Position numbers and translations under genes: made by a program. From NCBI GenBank assembly GCA_963774265.1, contig CAVZDU010000001.1, positions 192,001 through 256,000 of the forward strand: a stretch of DNA of 64,000 nucleotides, given 5' to 3'. This document shows positions 44,389 to 56,253 of this stretch, in pieces; positions within the stretch are counted from its first letter, which is position 1; each line of letters opens with the position of its first letter. The DNA comes from an uncultured Chloroflexia bacterium. GTDB taxonomy: Bacteria > Chloroflexota > Anaerolineae > CG2-30-64-16. The notes beneath the pieces were generated by a model. It saw nothing but the letters and a program-made list of their open reading frames with translations. It had not been told where the DNA came from and made no database searches.

Positions 44389-45239
44389 TGCTCAAGCGGT
44401 TTTCGACCTGGCGCGTGCTCCTCGTGCTGGTCTTGCTCGCAGCGATTGCCTGGTTTGCCTTGCGTGGCTTGCCGGACGGGAGGCTGCATGTCTGGTTCCT
44501 CGACGTGGGGCAGGGGGACGCGATCCTGATCCAGGCACCCGATGGCCGGCAAATCCTGGTGGATGGCGGGCCGAGCCCGGCCGCCCTGCTCGACGAATTG
44601 GGCGAGGTCCTGCCGTTCTGGGATCGATCGCTCGACCTCGTGGTGCTGAGCCATGGCGATGCCGATCATGTCTCGGGGCTGATTCCCCTGGTGGAACGCT
44701 ACCGGGTGACGGCTGCGGTGGACGGCACGCCCTCTGGCGATGAGGGGGGCGCCGCGTGGCTGGCGGCCGTGCAGGATGCGGGAATCCCCCGCATGACCGC
44801 GACGCGTGGGACGCGGTTGGCCGCCGGGGCCATGGTGCTCACGGTCCTCAACCCTGGCGCCCAGGCTCCCGGAAGTGCGGCGGACGGCAACGACGCAAGC
44901 CTGGTGCTGCGCGTGGACTATGGGGAGACGAGCCTGCTGCTGACCGGGGACGCCGAAGGGGAGGCCGAGCAAGCCATCATGGACGCAGGGCTGCCGCTGA
45001 CTGCGGATGTGCTGAAGGTAGGGCATCACGGGAGCGGGCGCAGCACATCGGCTGCGTTCCTGGCCGAGGTCGCTCCCCAGGTCGCCGTAATCTCGGTCGG
45101 CGCGGAGAATCGCTTCGGGCATCCCAGCGCGGAAGTGCTCGCTCGACTAGCCGGCGTGCAGGTGCTGCGGACGGACGAGCGAGGTCGGGTAGAGGTGATC
45201 AGCGACGGGAAGAAGCTGAGCGTGCAATGGGAGCGCTAG
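44388..45239 (+). CDS. Stand-alone ComEC-type metallo-beta-lactamase-fold nuclease with N-terminal TM anchor
   Basis: [38 protein letters not shown]. Confidence 0.9.
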   Translation: MLKRFSTWRVLLVLVLLAAIAWFALRGLPDGRLHVWFLDVGQGDAILIQAPDGRQILVDGGPSPAALLDELGEVLPFWDRSLDLVVLSHGDADHVSGLIPLVERYRVTAAVDGTPSGDEGGAAWLAAVQDAGIPRMTATRGTRLAAGAMVLTVLNPGAQAPGSAADGNDASLVLRVDYGETSLLLTGDAEGEAEQAIMDAGLPLTADVLKVGHHGSGRSTSAAFLAEVAPQVAVISVGAENRFGHPSAEVLARLAGVQVLRTDERGRVEVISDGKKLSVQWER

Positions 45240-45506
45240 AAGGCTCTCGCCATTGCGCTGCCGCGAACAGCTTCTCTGCGACCTCTTCCCCTTCCTGTAA
45301 GTGAGGTTGCCCGGCGTTTGCTAAGATCAGGCCGTCTTGCAGGCGGAGGTCGGCGCGATGGTCTGGGAGGCGAGTTGGGAGAGTCCGCTTGAGGCGTATC
45401 TGAGCAGTTACACTCTTTTGTCCCTTGCATGCGACGTGGTAGAATCTCGATGCTTCCGCTCTTGGTTTAGCAGAGTTCATCAACCCCCAAGTGAGCAATA
45501 TCGGCG

Positions 45507-47660
45507 ATGTCGACCTTCCTGGCGCAGTGGCTTTTGTTTGTCTACCTCAATTTGTGCGCAGGCAGTATCGCGTTCGTCTTGGCCTGGCAGGACGAGACGC
45601 GCCGCAACAACTCGCTCGGTTTCCTGGTCTCCTGGGCGACCTTCTTCCTTTCCGCCATCGTTCTCTTCGAAACCGCCCTGGGCATACTGCACCTGCTCAC
45701 GCCTGGGGCGCTGGCGATCGGGCTCGGCGCAGGCGCAGTGGCAGCCTGGTTAGCGTTTGTCAAGCGCGGCTCCGTGTTCGCCGTGCCGCCGGGGTGGCGC
45801 GATACCTTGAACCGCGGCCGCCAGGCTTTGGTTGAGGGCCAGGTCCCGGTCTCCCTCGTGCTCGTTCCCTGGCTGGCAGCAACTTTCCTCGTTTCCGCGT
45901 TGGTCGAGCCTTCTGGCCTGGTCGATTCTTTCATTTATCACCTGCCCATGCCCATCGACTGGCTGCAGCACGCCGCGTTGACGCCGACCTACATTCCCAT
46001 GGCCGAAATCGCAAACAGCTACTTCCCGGGCAATGCCGAGTTGCTGTACTTCTGGATGTTGGCGCCTTTTCGCAACGACCTGCTCGTGCGCCTGGTCCCG
46101 GTCGGCATGTGGACCCTGCTCGGACTCGGCCTCTACCGCCTGTGCCGGCAGGCCGGAGCGCAGCGCGTACCGTCGGTGATCGGCGTCGTCATCTTCCTCT
46201 TCACCCCGCTAGTCCTCAGTGAGTCGGCGGACCTCTGGGCCGATGTGACTGCCACTGCGCTGTTCGTGCTGGCGCTTGGATATCTCTTCGAGTATGCGCG
46301 GCGACCTGCACTATCAACGGCCGCGCTGTTCGGCCTGGCCAGCGGCCTGTTCCTGGGCGTCAAATACTCCGGCCCCGCGTTTCTGGCCCTCCTGCTGAGC
46401 GCTTTTGCGATCGTCGTCCTGGCTTCGCGACGCTCCATCGGCGTCACCCTCATGTGGCGTTCGGCCCTTGTCGTCATTCTCACGGTCACTGCCACCGGCG
46501 CTTACTGGTACCTGCGCAACCTGGTTCTCGCGGGCAATCCGTTCTATCCGCTGGGCGTAAGCATCGCCGGCCGGCAGATCTTCCTGGGACCAGGCGTGGG
46601 CAGCGGTGACACGCTGTGGGACTACGCGGGCTCTGTTCATCCGTGGGACATGATCTCCGCATTGGTGATGGGCTATGGTGTCTTCTTCTGGCTGGCAATG
46701 GGCATGACGCTCGTCTCCGTCGCCTGGGGGCTCCACACCGCCCGTCACAACTCGTCTGCGCCGCGCCCGCGCCCGTGGCCCGGTATGCTTGCCCTGATCG
46801 CCGGACTCACGATCGCTGGCCTGCTGCTCTATCTCAGGACACCCTACTCGGTCATGCGTTTCTCTCACTCCATCCCGATCACAGCGCTGGAGCTGGTCAG
46901 AGGAATGCGCTTCAGCCTGATCACAGGCGCCGGCGCGACTGTGCTCCTGGCCACCGGCCTGAACTATATGTCCAAGCGCCTGAACCCTGCCTGGGTTGTG
47001 GCCACCATGGCGCTGATCGAAGGTCTCCTCGCCGGCTACCATATCCGATTTTTTGATTTCTTCACATTGCCGCGGCTCCTTGCGACAGGAGTCTTCATCT
47101 GCGTGGCGCTCTTCGCATTGCGCGGGCTGGCGGAGGTGAATTGGCAGCGCGTGGCGCGGCTACGCGCCTGGCATCCGCCGCGTGTTTGGATCTCTGCCGC
47201 TGTTGTTGCCGTGCTTGTAGCTGGGCTGGGCCTGGCGTATCTCATGCAGTATCGTGAGGCTTTCCGCTACGCGATTTATGAAAGCCGGTATGGCGAAACA
47301 GGGCTTGCCTGGCGCTGGATTGACGACAACATCAACCATGCCAGGGTCGCCTATATAGGCGATGACCCGCGGATGCTCGGCGCATATGGCGTCGACCTGA
47401 GCAATGAGGTCCGCTATGTCAACATCGCAGGCGATCTGGTAGAGCGCCACGACGACTTCTACCGCCGGGGAACATATTATCGCGCAAACGGCAACTATGA
47501 GGTGTGGCAGCGCAACCTGGCAGCTTGGTCCGCAGATTACCTTGTCGTTACGTCGCCGTCTGTAGAAGAAGAGAAATGGGCGTCTGAACATCCGGAGGCG
47601 TTCAACCCGGTCTTCGAAGCTGGTCCAGTGAAAATCTACCGGATTGGCATGCTCGAATAA
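45507..47660 (+). CDS. Polytopic membrane protein, probable GT-C (family 39-like) glycosyltransferase
   Basis: DSFIYHLP, YFPGN, GVK, WYLRN..GNPFYP, many TM helices. Confidence 0.65.
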   Translation: MSTFLAQWLLFVYLNLCAGSIAFVLAWQDETRRNNSLGFLVSWATFFLSAIVLFETALGILHLLTPGALAIGLGAGAVAAWLAFVKRGSVFAVPPGWRDTLNRGRQALVEGQVPVSLVLVPWLAATFLVSALVEPSGLVDSFIYHLPMPIDWLQHAALTPTYIPMAEIANSYFPGNAELLYFWMLAPFRNDLLVRLVPVGMWTLLGLGLYRLCRQAGAQRVPSVIGVVIFLFTPLVLSESADLWADVTATALFVLALGYLFEYARRPALSTAALFGLASGLFLGVKYSGPAFLALLLSAFAIVVLASRRSIGVTLMWRSALVVILTVTATGAYWYLRNLVLAGNPFYPLGVSIAGRQIFLGPGVGSGDTLWDYAGSVHPWDMISALVMGYGVFFWLAMGMTLVSVAWGLHTARHNSSAPRPRPWPGMLALIAGLTIAGLLLYLRTPYSVMRFSHSIPITALELVRGMRFSLITGAGATVLLATGLNYMSKRLNPAWVVATMALIEGLLAGYHIRFFDFFTLPRLLATGVFICVALFALRGLAEVNWQRVARLRAWHPPRVWISAAVVAVLVAGLGLAYLMQYREAFRYAIYESRYGETGLAWRWIDDNINHARVAYIGDDPRMLGAYGVDLSNEVRYVNIAGDLVERHDDFYRRGTYYRANGNYEVWQRNLAAWSADYLVVTSPSVEEEKWASEHPEAFNPVFEAGPVKIYRIGMLE

Positions 47661-47791
47661 TACCGGAACTGCTCGCCTACACCTCCGGTCCCGGCTTCGC
47701 TCTGGCTGCAGTCTTGTCGGTATTGGTGGCCTTGGTATGGCCCGTACCGCCGAAATCGGCCCATCTCGGGTCGGACAGCGCCTCCTGCGAC

Positions 47792-47835
47792 TTGACAGTT
47801 CACAGCCTCAATGCTAGTATCCCCCCAGGGGGATA
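47792..47835 (+). promoter_or_regulatory. Sigma70 promoter with overlapping CsoR/RcnR-type operator 1
   Basis: TTGACA-17-TAGTAT; TATCCCCCCAGGGGGATA at 47818-35. Confidence 0.8.
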
Positions 47836-47975
47836 TGATGGTGAGCACTCATTTCCGCTCGATCGCAAACGCCATTTTAGCCCACACCCCGGCAAAAATG
47901 CCATGCTTGCTGTCGGGCAAACCTCGACGGCCGGTCACATGAGTTCGTCACGATGGAAGAGACCACAGACGGACA

Positions 47976-47994
47976 TATCCCCCTAGGGGGGATA
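47976..47994. promoter_or_regulatory. CsoR/RcnR-type operator 2
   Basis: TATCCCCCTAGGGGGGATA. Confidence 0.75.
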
Positions 47995-48027
47995 GACTCA
48001 ACTCGCGCGCCACTCGGAGGTGATAAA

Positions 48028-49992
48028 TTGACGAGCATGAATGAGACGATGGTAGACCAGGGCCAGTTCTGCGAGACCTGCGGCGTGACGCCCCCGGGAT
48101 TCTTCCAGCGCTATCGTGGTTTCCTGCTCTCCACCGGCACGTTGATCACCGTCGCGAATGTACTGCTCTTGCTCATTGGCTTCGCACTGCAGCTCACGGG
48201 ATACCCCGGGGTGGGCAAGTGGTTCTATCTGGCCTCGGCGCTTGTGGGCGGATCCCCGATCTTCAAGCTCGCCGCTGTGAACGTATTCACGCGCTTCGAT
48301 CTCACCGCGGGCGTCATGGTGAGCATCGCGATGATCGCCGCGATCATCATCGGCGAGTATAGCGCGGCAGCGCTGGTGGCGTTCATGATGCTGGTGGGCG
48401 AGATGCTGGAGAACTTCACCATGGCGCGCGCAGACAACGCCTTGAATGAGCTCTCGAGTCTCGTGCCTGAGACTGTGACGCTGCTGCGAGACGGCCGGGA
48501 AGTCGCCACACCCGCGCTGGCTGTCCGCCCGGGCGACGTCGTCCTGGTGCGCCCCGGCGGCCGAGTCCCTGTCGACGGCCAGGTGCTGCGCGGCCATGCT
48601 GCACTCGATCAGTCGGCCATCACCGGCGAGTCCCTGCCGATTGACAAGATGCCCGGCGACGCCGTATTTGCGGGAACACTGTGTTCCGGGGGTGCACTCG
48701 AGGTACGCGCGACGCAAGTGGGCGAGGAGACCACGCTCGGCAACATGATCCGGCTGGTGCGCGACGCCCGCGCAACCCAGGCGCCCGTGCAGCGGATCGC
48801 CAACAAGTACGCGCAATACCTGATCCCGATTGCGATCAGCATCGCGATCATCGTCTATCTGCTCACCGGCGAAATCGTGCGCGCTATCACGGTGCTGATT
48901 GTCATCTGCCCCTGCGCGCTGGTGCTTGCCACGCCGACAGCTTTGGTGGCGGCCATCGGGAACGCAGCCCGCCGCGGGGTGCTGGTCAAACACGGCACCG
49001 CAATGGAGCAGATCGGCCGGGTTGACGTGGTGGCGTTCGACAAGACCGGCACCCTCACACTTGGCGAGCCGCGGGTGATGAAAACCGTGCCGCTCAACGG
49101 CCTGGGAGACCGGGAGTTGCTCCGCCTGGCCGCCAGCGCGGAACGCCTGAGCGAGCACCCGCTGGCGCGGGCTATCGTGTCGGCCGCACAAGAGCAAGGC
49201 ATCGAGATGCAGTTGCCTGACGATTTCGAGACCCTGCCCGGACACGGGGTCCGTGCCCGGGTCGACGGCCGACTGGTGATGATCGGCGACGGGATGCTGG
49301 CCAAGGCCAACGTCAAAGTGGGGGCAACGGCTCTGGCGGAGACGCAAGATCACGCGGCCCAGGGACAGAAAGTGATTCCGGTGGCCGTGGACGACGAGGT
49401 AGTCGGTCTCCTTGTGCTGGCCGATTCAGTACGACCGGAGTCGCGTGCTGCCGTAGCGCGTTTGAAGGCATTGGGAATCAAGGAGACGGTGCTGATCAGT
49501 GGGGATAACGCGAAGGTCGCCGAAGGTGTTGCGCAGGCACTGGGCGTCGATCGCGTCCACGCGAACGCCCTGCCCCAAGCCAAGCTTGACCTGATTCGCG
49601 CGTACCAGGCACAAGGCCAAAGGGTCGCCTTCGTCGGTGACGGGGTCAACGATGCGCCTGCGCTGGCTGCGGCCGACATCGGCATCGCGATGGGCGCAGC
49701 AGGCACTGCCGTGGCAATGGAGACGGCTGACATCGTACTGCTGACCGATCAGTTGGATCGCGTGCCATTTCTGGTAGAATTGTCGCGCGGTGGACTCGGT
49801 GTTATCCGCAACAACGTCATCTTCTCCATGTCGTGGAACGTACTAGCCGTTCTGCTGAGCGGGTTTGGCGTCATCGGGCCGGTATTCGGTGCGGTCATGC
49901 ATGAACTCTCCGCACTGCCGGTGGTTGCCAATTCCGCCCGGTTGATCAATTGGCAGCCACGTCGTGGGGAAGCACCCGACCGAATGCATTGA
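48028..49992 (+). CDS. Heavy-metal P1B-type ATPase
   Basis: TGES, CPC, DKTGTLT, SEHP, GDGVNDAP, TM8 HELS; N-terminal CETC. Confidence 0.92.
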   Translation: MTSMNETMVDQGQFCETCGVTPPGFFQRYRGFLLSTGTLITVANVLLLLIGFALQLTGYPGVGKWFYLASALVGGSPIFKLAAVNVFTRFDLTAGVMVSIAMIAAIIIGEYSAAALVAFMMLVGEMLENFTMARADNALNELSSLVPETVTLLRDGREVATPALAVRPGDVVLVRPGGRVPVDGQVLRGHAALDQSAITGESLPIDKMPGDAVFAGTLCSGGALEVRATQVGEETTLGNMIRLVRDARATQAPVQRIANKYAQYLIPIAISIAIIVYLLTGEIVRAITVLIVICPCALVLATPTALVAAIGNAARRGVLVKHGTAMEQIGRVDVVAFDKTGTLTLGEPRVMKTVPLNGLGDRELLRLAASAERLSEHPLARAIVSAAQEQGIEMQLPDDFETLPGHGVRARVDGRLVMIGDGMLAKANVKVGATALAETQDHAAQGQKVIPVAVDDEVVGLLVLADSVRPESRAAVARLKALGIKETVLISGDNAKVAEGVAQALGVDRVHANALPQAKLDLIRAYQAQGQRVAFVGDGVNDAPALAAADIGIAMGAAGTAVAMETADIVLLTDQLDRVPFLVELSRGGLGVIRNNVIFSMSWNVLAVLLSGFGVIGPVFGAVMHELSALPVVANSARLINWQPRRGEAPDRMH

Positions 49993-50010
49993 AGGTAAAG
50001 AAGGTTGGTG

Positions 50011-50289
50011 ATGGCAGCAGTAATACATAAGCACAACGAGCGCCAAGCCATTTTGAATCGCCTGGCCCGGATCGAGGGCCACGTGCACAAGATCCGTTCG
50101 ATGGTTGAGGAGGGCCAGGACTGTCCCGCGATCCTGATGCAGCTCGCAGCCGTGCGGTCAGCCATCAACAAAGTCGCCCAGGCCGTGCTGGAAGATCATG
50201 TGGACTCCTGCCTGCTGGGTGCAGGTGACGCGGCTGAGACTGAGCGGGCATGGGCGGAATTAAAAGACGCTTTTGATGTCATCTTCTGA
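50011..50289 (+). CDS. CsoR/RcnR-family metal-sensing repressor
   Basis: RLARIEGHV..DC..QLAAVRSA..HVDSC. Confidence 0.9.
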   Translation: MAAVIHKHNERQAILNRLARIEGHVHKIRSMVEEGQDCPAILMQLAAVRSAINKVAQAVLEDHVDSCLLGAGDAAETERAWAELKDAFDVIF

Positions 50290-50404
50290 TACTACACCCG
50301 TAGATTTGTCGGTCGGCTAGCGCTCACCTACCTTTGACAGGCCGCACGGGTGATGCTAGACTACTGCCAACTGAGAACCGCACGGCCTGCAACGATGGGC
50401 AGCC

Positions 50405-50518
50405 GCGAGGCAGGGGGAGCTGGGTGGAGCCCGGCTGAGAGGTTGGCGCCGATCCGCGGCGGATGGGCATGCCGACGACCCCTTGAACCTGACGGGTAAT
50501 GCCGGCGAAGGGATGCGA
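50405..50518 (+). ncRNA. TPP riboswitch (boundaries approximate)
   Basis: GGGGAGC..GCTGAGA..ACCC..GAACCTGA.GGGTAATGCC.GCGAAGGGA; lies upstream of thiamine genes; promoter TTGACA at 50334. Confidence 0.9.
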
Positions 50519-50530
50519 CAGATGGCAGAG

Positions 50531-50557
50531 GCGACCCGATGAGGGTCGCTTTTTTGT
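50531..50557 (+). terminator. Riboswitch terminator
   Basis: GCGACCC-gatga-GGGTCGC-TTTTTT. Confidence 0.8.
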
Positions 50558-50576
50558 TGCTGCTCTGGAGGAACGC

Positions 50577-51233
50577 GTGAGGGTGTTTGTGGTGGCGGGG
50601 AGCCCTGCGGCGCGGCAGCCGGATGGGCTGACACCTGAACCAGGCGACCGCGTGATCGCCGCCGATCTCGGCGCGCAGCACGCCGTGCGCTGGGGCTGGC
50701 ACGTGGACCTGCTGGTGGGCGATCTCGATTCGCTGCCGCCGGACATGGCACGCGACCTCGAAGCCGCCGGTGTGGAGGTCCTGCGCGTCCCCGCAGCCAA
50801 AGACCAGACGGATACCGAGCTGGCCGTCACGCGTGCGCTGGAGATGGGTGCGGAACAGCTCGTCATCTGCGGTGTCACCGGCGGCCGGACCGACCATCTG
50901 CTGGCGAATGTACTGCTGCTGGCGCATCGGGCGCTGGCCGATGTGGACGCGTTCCTGGTCGATGGTGGCGAGACGCTGCGACTGCTTCGAGCGGACGGCG
51001 AACTTGTGCGACTGGCGATTGAAGGCGCAGCGGGCGATCTGCTGTCCCTGTTGCCCCTCGGCGCGGATGTCGCCGGGGTCTCGACCGGGGGTCTGCGCTA
51101 TCCGCTGAATGATGAGACGCTGCACCTTGGCGAGGCCCGGGGAATCAGCAATGTATTAACACGCAGCCGGGCGCACGTCAGCCTGCGCCGCGGCTGCTTG
51201 CTGGTCATTCACAACAGGACGGAACCAAAATGA
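50577..51233 (+). CDS. thiN: Thiamine diphosphokinase
   Basis: [37 protein letters not shown]. Confidence 0.9.
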   Translation: MRVFVVAGSPAARQPDGLTPEPGDRVIAADLGAQHAVRWGWHVDLLVGDLDSLPPDMARDLEAAGVEVLRVPAAKDQTDTELAVTRALEMGAEQLVICGVTGGRTDHLLANVLLLAHRALADVDAFLVDGGETLRLLRADGELVRLAIEGAAGDLLSLLPLGADVAGVSTGGLRYPLNDETLHLGEARGISNVLTRSRAHVSLRRGCLLVIHNRTEPK

Positions 51234-52398
51234 AACACAATTTGCTCCTCATTACGCTGCTACTGGCGGCCACCATGGTGGCGGCCATGATGGCGGCCTG
51301 CACGACCGTGCCCCCGGCTTCGCCCACCGCGCCCGTGGCTGTGACCGCGGCGCCGGCGGCCGAAGCCACAGCAGAGCCGGCCACTCCGGTGATCGAACCG
51401 ACCACTGCGCCCGGGACCAGGACGCTTACGGTCATGACGCACGATAGCTTCAGCGTCAGCGAGGATGTCGTCGCCAAGTTCCAGGCGCAGTGCGGCTGCA
51501 CGGTGCAGTTCCTCAAGTCGGGCGATACGGGGCTGGCGCTGAACAAGGCAATCCTGAGCAAAAACAACCCGCTGGCCGATGTCTTCTACGGCGTCGACAA
51601 CACCTTCCTGAGCCGCGGCCTGGCCGGCGACATCTTCGAGCCGTACGCATCGCCTGCGCTGGCGCGGCATGCCGGCCGAGCTGAAGCTCGACCCCAGCAA
51701 CCGGCTGCTGCCGGTCGACTTCGGCTACGTGACGCTCAACTACGACAAGGCCTACTTCGCCGAGAACGACCTCCCGCTGCCGCCGACCCTGCGTGACCTG
51801 ACCAGATCCCGCATACAAGGGCCTGTTGGTCGTCGAAAACCCGGCCACGTCATCGCCCGGCCTGGCCTTCCTGCTGACAACGATCGCCACCTTCGGTGAG
51901 ACGGGGCGACTACACCTACCTGGATTTCTGGCGCGATCTGCGGGCAAACGATGTGCTCGTCACCGATGGGTGGGAGGACGCGTACTACGGCCAGTTCAGC
52001 GGCGGCAGCGGGGAGGGCGACCGTCCGCTGGTCGTCAGCTATGCCACCAGCCCGGCCGCCGAGGTGTTCTTTGCCGATCCGCAGCCGGCCGAATCGCCCG
52101 ACCGGCAACCTGCTCATGCCCGGCGGCAGCTTCCGGCAGGTTGAGTTCGTGGGCATCCTGAAAGGTGCGAAGGAACCCGAGCTGGCGCGGCAGTGGGTCG
52201 ACTTCATGCTGGGCGAGTCTTCCAGGCCGACATCCCGCTGCAGATGTGGGTTTATCCCGGGCTGCCCGGCGCCGGCTGCCCGAGGTGTTCACAAAATACG
52301 CGCAGGTGCCCACTGACGCCGTGACGGTGTCGCCCGACCAGATCGAGGCGGGCAGGGAGAAATGGCTGCAGGCGTGGACCGACGTCGTGCTGCGTTAG
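51230..52398 (+). CDS. thiB: Thiamine ABC substrate-binding lipoprotein (several apparent indels)
   Basis: [35 protein letters not shown]. Confidence 0.85.
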
Positions 52399-54044
52399 TC
52401 CGGGGGCTGCTCCACCTCCTGCCGCTCGGTTTCCTGGGGGTCTTCTTCTTCTATCCCCTGCTCGCGGTGGTGGTGCAAAGCTTTGCGCCGGGGGGCCAGC
52501 TCAACCTGGCCCCTATGGCCAACCTGTGGCGTGAGCCGTATTTCGGCCGCGCCCTGTGGTTCACCACCTGGCAGGCGACCCTCTCTACAGGGCTGACGCT
52601 GGCACTGGGGATGCCGGCCGCTTTCGTGTTCGCCCGCTACCGCTTCCCCGGCAAGAGCGTGTTGCGCGCGCTGACCACGATCCCGTTCGTGCTGCCGGCC
52701 ATGGTCGTCGCAGCTGCGTTCACCGCGCTGCTGGGCCCACGCGGCTGGCTCAACGGCCTGCTGATGGCTTGGTTCGAGCTGGCGCGGACCCCGATTCGCC
52801 TCCAACAGACCATCTGGCTGATCCTGCTCGCCCACGCTTTCTACAACACCACCGTCGTCGTGCGCATCGTGGGCGGGTTCTGGGCCAACCTGGACACCCG
52901 GCTGCCCGAAGCCGCGCGGGTGTTGGGGGGGAACCGGGCACGCGTCTTCTGGGAGGTCACGCTGCCGCTGCTGCTGCCGGCCGTCGCCGCGGCAGGGCTG
53001 CTGGTCTTCCTCTTCTGCTTCACCAGCTTCGGGGTGATCCTGATCCTCGGCGGGCCGCGCTTCGCCACGCTGGAGGTGGAGATCTACCGCCAGGCGGTGA
53101 CACTGTTCCGCCTGCCCGAGGCAGCGGCGATCAGCCTGGCGCAGATCGTGCTGACCTTCGTGGTCATGGCCATCTATACCCGCGCGCAGGCACGCGCCTC
53201 GCTGCCGCTGAACCTGCGACCGGCCGCGGCGACCGAAGTCCCGCCCACCACGCCGGTCCACAAGATCCTTGTGGGCCTCACCGCCGTCGGGCTGCTGATC
53301 TTTCTCGTGGCGCCGCTGGCAGCGTTGGCCCTCCGCTCGCTCGCGCCCGGCGACCCGCTGCGCTACTACCGCGAGTTGTTCGTCAATCGCACGAATTCGA
53401 TCTTCTATGTGGCGCCGGGCATTGCCATCCGCAACAGCCTGGTCTTTGCGCTGATCACCACCGTCCTGGCGTTGATCATCGGGACCTTAACGGCCGTGCT
53501 GATGTCGCGGGCGCGCACGCTCGGCGCCGCGCTGCTCGATCCGCTCGTCCTGCTCCCCCTCGGCACGTCCGCGGTCACCCTGGGTTTCGGCTATCTGTTG
53601 ACCATGGGGCAGCCGCCGCTCAACCTGCGCGCCTCGCCGGTGCTGGTGCCCATTGCGCACACGCTGGTCGCGTTTCCTTTTGTCGTGCGCACCTTGCTGC
53701 CGGTCATGCGCGGGATGAACCCCGACTGGCGCGAGGCCGCGGCCGTGCTCGGGGCATCGCCGTGGCGCGTCTGGCGCGAGATCGATCTGCCCATCGTGGG
53801 CCGGGCGCTGATGGTCGCGGCCTTGTTCGCGTTCACCGTCAGCATGGGCGAGTTCGGCGCAACCTTGCTGATCGCGCGGCCCGAATTCCCGACCATGCCG
53901 GTGGTGATCTACCGGCTGCTGGGCCAGCCCGGCGCGCTGAACTACGGGCAGGCGATGGCCATGAGCACGCTGCTGATGCTGGTGTGTGCGGTTGCGTTCG
54001 TGCTCATCGAGCGCTTCCGTGTCGGTCAAGTCGGGGAGTTTTAG
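52362..54044 (+). CDS. thiP: Thiamine ABC permease
   Basis: PFVLP, AHAFYN, two EAA..LG motifs, SMGEFGAT. Confidence 0.85.
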   Translation: MAAGVDRRRAALVRGLLHLLPLGFLGVFFFYPLLAVVVQSFAPGGQLNLAPMANLWREPYFGRALWFTTWQATLSTGLTLALGMPAAFVFARYRFPGKSVLRALTTIPFVLPAMVVAAAFTALLGPRGWLNGLLMAWFELARTPIRLQQTIWLILLAHAFYNTTVVVRIVGGFWANLDTRLPEAARVLGGNRARVFWEVTLPLLLPAVAAAGLLVFLFCFTSFGVILILGGPRFATLEVEIYRQAVTLFRLPEAAAISLAQIVLTFVVMAIYTRAQARASLPLNLRPAAATEVPPTTPVHKILVGLTAVGLLIFLVAPLAALALRSLAPGDPLRYYRELFVNRTNSIFYVAPGIAIRNSLVFALITTVLALIIGTLTAVLMSRARTLGAALLDPLVLLPLGTSAVTLGFGYLLTMGQPPLNLRASPVLVPIAHTLVAFPFVVRTLLPVMRGMNPDWREAAAVLGASPWRVWREIDLPIVGRALMVAALFAFTVSMGEFGATLLIARPEFPTMPVVIYRLLGQPGALNYGQAMAMSTLLMLVCAVAFVLIERFRVGQVGEF

Positions 54045-54048
54045 CCTG

Positions 54049-55221
<1,173 letters not shown>

Positions 55222-55247
55222 CGGGGGCTGACGGGCCCCAACGGGCA

Positions 55248-55296
55248 CGAACGGTCGTTCTGAATATTTGACTTTTCGGTCCGATCGGTGTATCCT
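55248..55296 (+). promoter_or_regulatory. Putative LexA box and ssb promoter
   Basis: cGAAC-GGTC-GTTCt at 55248-61; TTGACT-17-TATCCT. Confidence 0.55.
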
Positions 55297-55371
55297 TACG
55301 CCAAGGTCCGACGATGGGCCATGCACGAAAACCATGATTTCACGCCGAGCATTTTGAAGGAGAACACGCAC

Positions 55372-55782
55372 ATGTACCAGAAAACCGTCGTCATCGGACA
55401 CCTCGGGCGGGACCCCGAGATGCGCTACACCCCCACTGGCGTCCCCGTCACCAGCTTCAGCGTCGCCACCACGCGCAAGTGGACCAACCAGAACGGCGAA
55501 TCGCAAGAGAAAACCACCTGGTTCCGCGTCACGTGCTGGCGAAAAACGGCAGAATTGGCCGCCCAGTACCTTAAAAAGGGCCGTCTAGTGCTGGTCGAGG
55601 GCGACGTCGACGCCTCGGCCTATACCGACCGCGAGGGGGCTCCACGCGCCTCGCTGGAACTGACCGCAACCACCCTTAAGTTCCTGGGCGGCTCGCGGGA
55701 GGAAGGTGGCGGCGCACCGGGCGCCGGGCCCGCCGGCGGCGGCGAGGATTTCCCCGCCCATGAGGATGACCTGCCGTTCTAA
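55372..55782 (+). CDS. ssb: Single-stranded DNA-binding protein
   Basis: IGHLGRDPEMRYT..YLKKG..EDDLPF. Confidence 0.95.
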   Translation: MYQKTVVIGHLGRDPEMRYTPTGVPVTSFSVATTRKWTNQNGESQEKTTWFRVTCWRKTAELAAQYLKKGRLVLVEGDVDASAYTDREGAPRASLELTATTLKFLGGSREEGGGAPGAGPAGGGEDFPAHEDDLPF

Positions 55783-55806
55783 CGGATCCAGGGCAGTCCC
55801 ACTCCA

Positions 55807-55836
55807 CGGCACGGCGCGCTGCGTCGTGCCGTTTTT
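55807..55836 (+). terminator. Terminator after ssb
   Basis: CGGCACGGCGC-gct-GCGTCGTGCCG-TTTTT. Confidence 0.65.
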
Positions 55837-55909
55837 GTGCCCTTGCAGCGCGTTGACGCAGGCCCCCGCTTGGGGTAGACTGTTCGCAGATTCCCCTTAG
55901 GAGGCCCAC

Positions 55910-56221
55910 ATGGCCCAGCCCACTCAAAACCAGCCCCAGATCAATATCGAATTACCCGCGGATCTGGAAGCGATCTACAGCAACTTCGCGATCATCAGCC
56001 ACTCGCCGTCCGAGATCGTCATCGACTTCGCGCGGCTGTTGCCAGGCTCGCCCAAGTCGAAGGTGCTCACGCGCATCATCCTCACCCCACTCAACGCGAA
56101 GCTCCTCCTGCGGGCGCTGCAGGAGAACCTGAACAAGTACGAGGAGAAGTTCGGCGAGGTGCGCACGCCCAGCGACACCGGGTTCGAGACGCCGGATCGC
56201 ACGCTCGGCTTCAAGCACTAG
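55910..56221 (+). CDS. DUF3467 family protein
   Basis: [32 protein letters not shown]. Confidence 0.85.
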   Translation: MAQPTQNQPQINIELPADLEAIYSNFAIISHSPSEIVIDFARLLPGSPKSKVLTRIILTPLNAKLLLRALQENLNKYEEKFGEVRTPSDTGFETPDRTLGFKH

Positions 56222-56253
56222 CAGCGCAGCGCCATCAAGGGAGACGGCCCATC

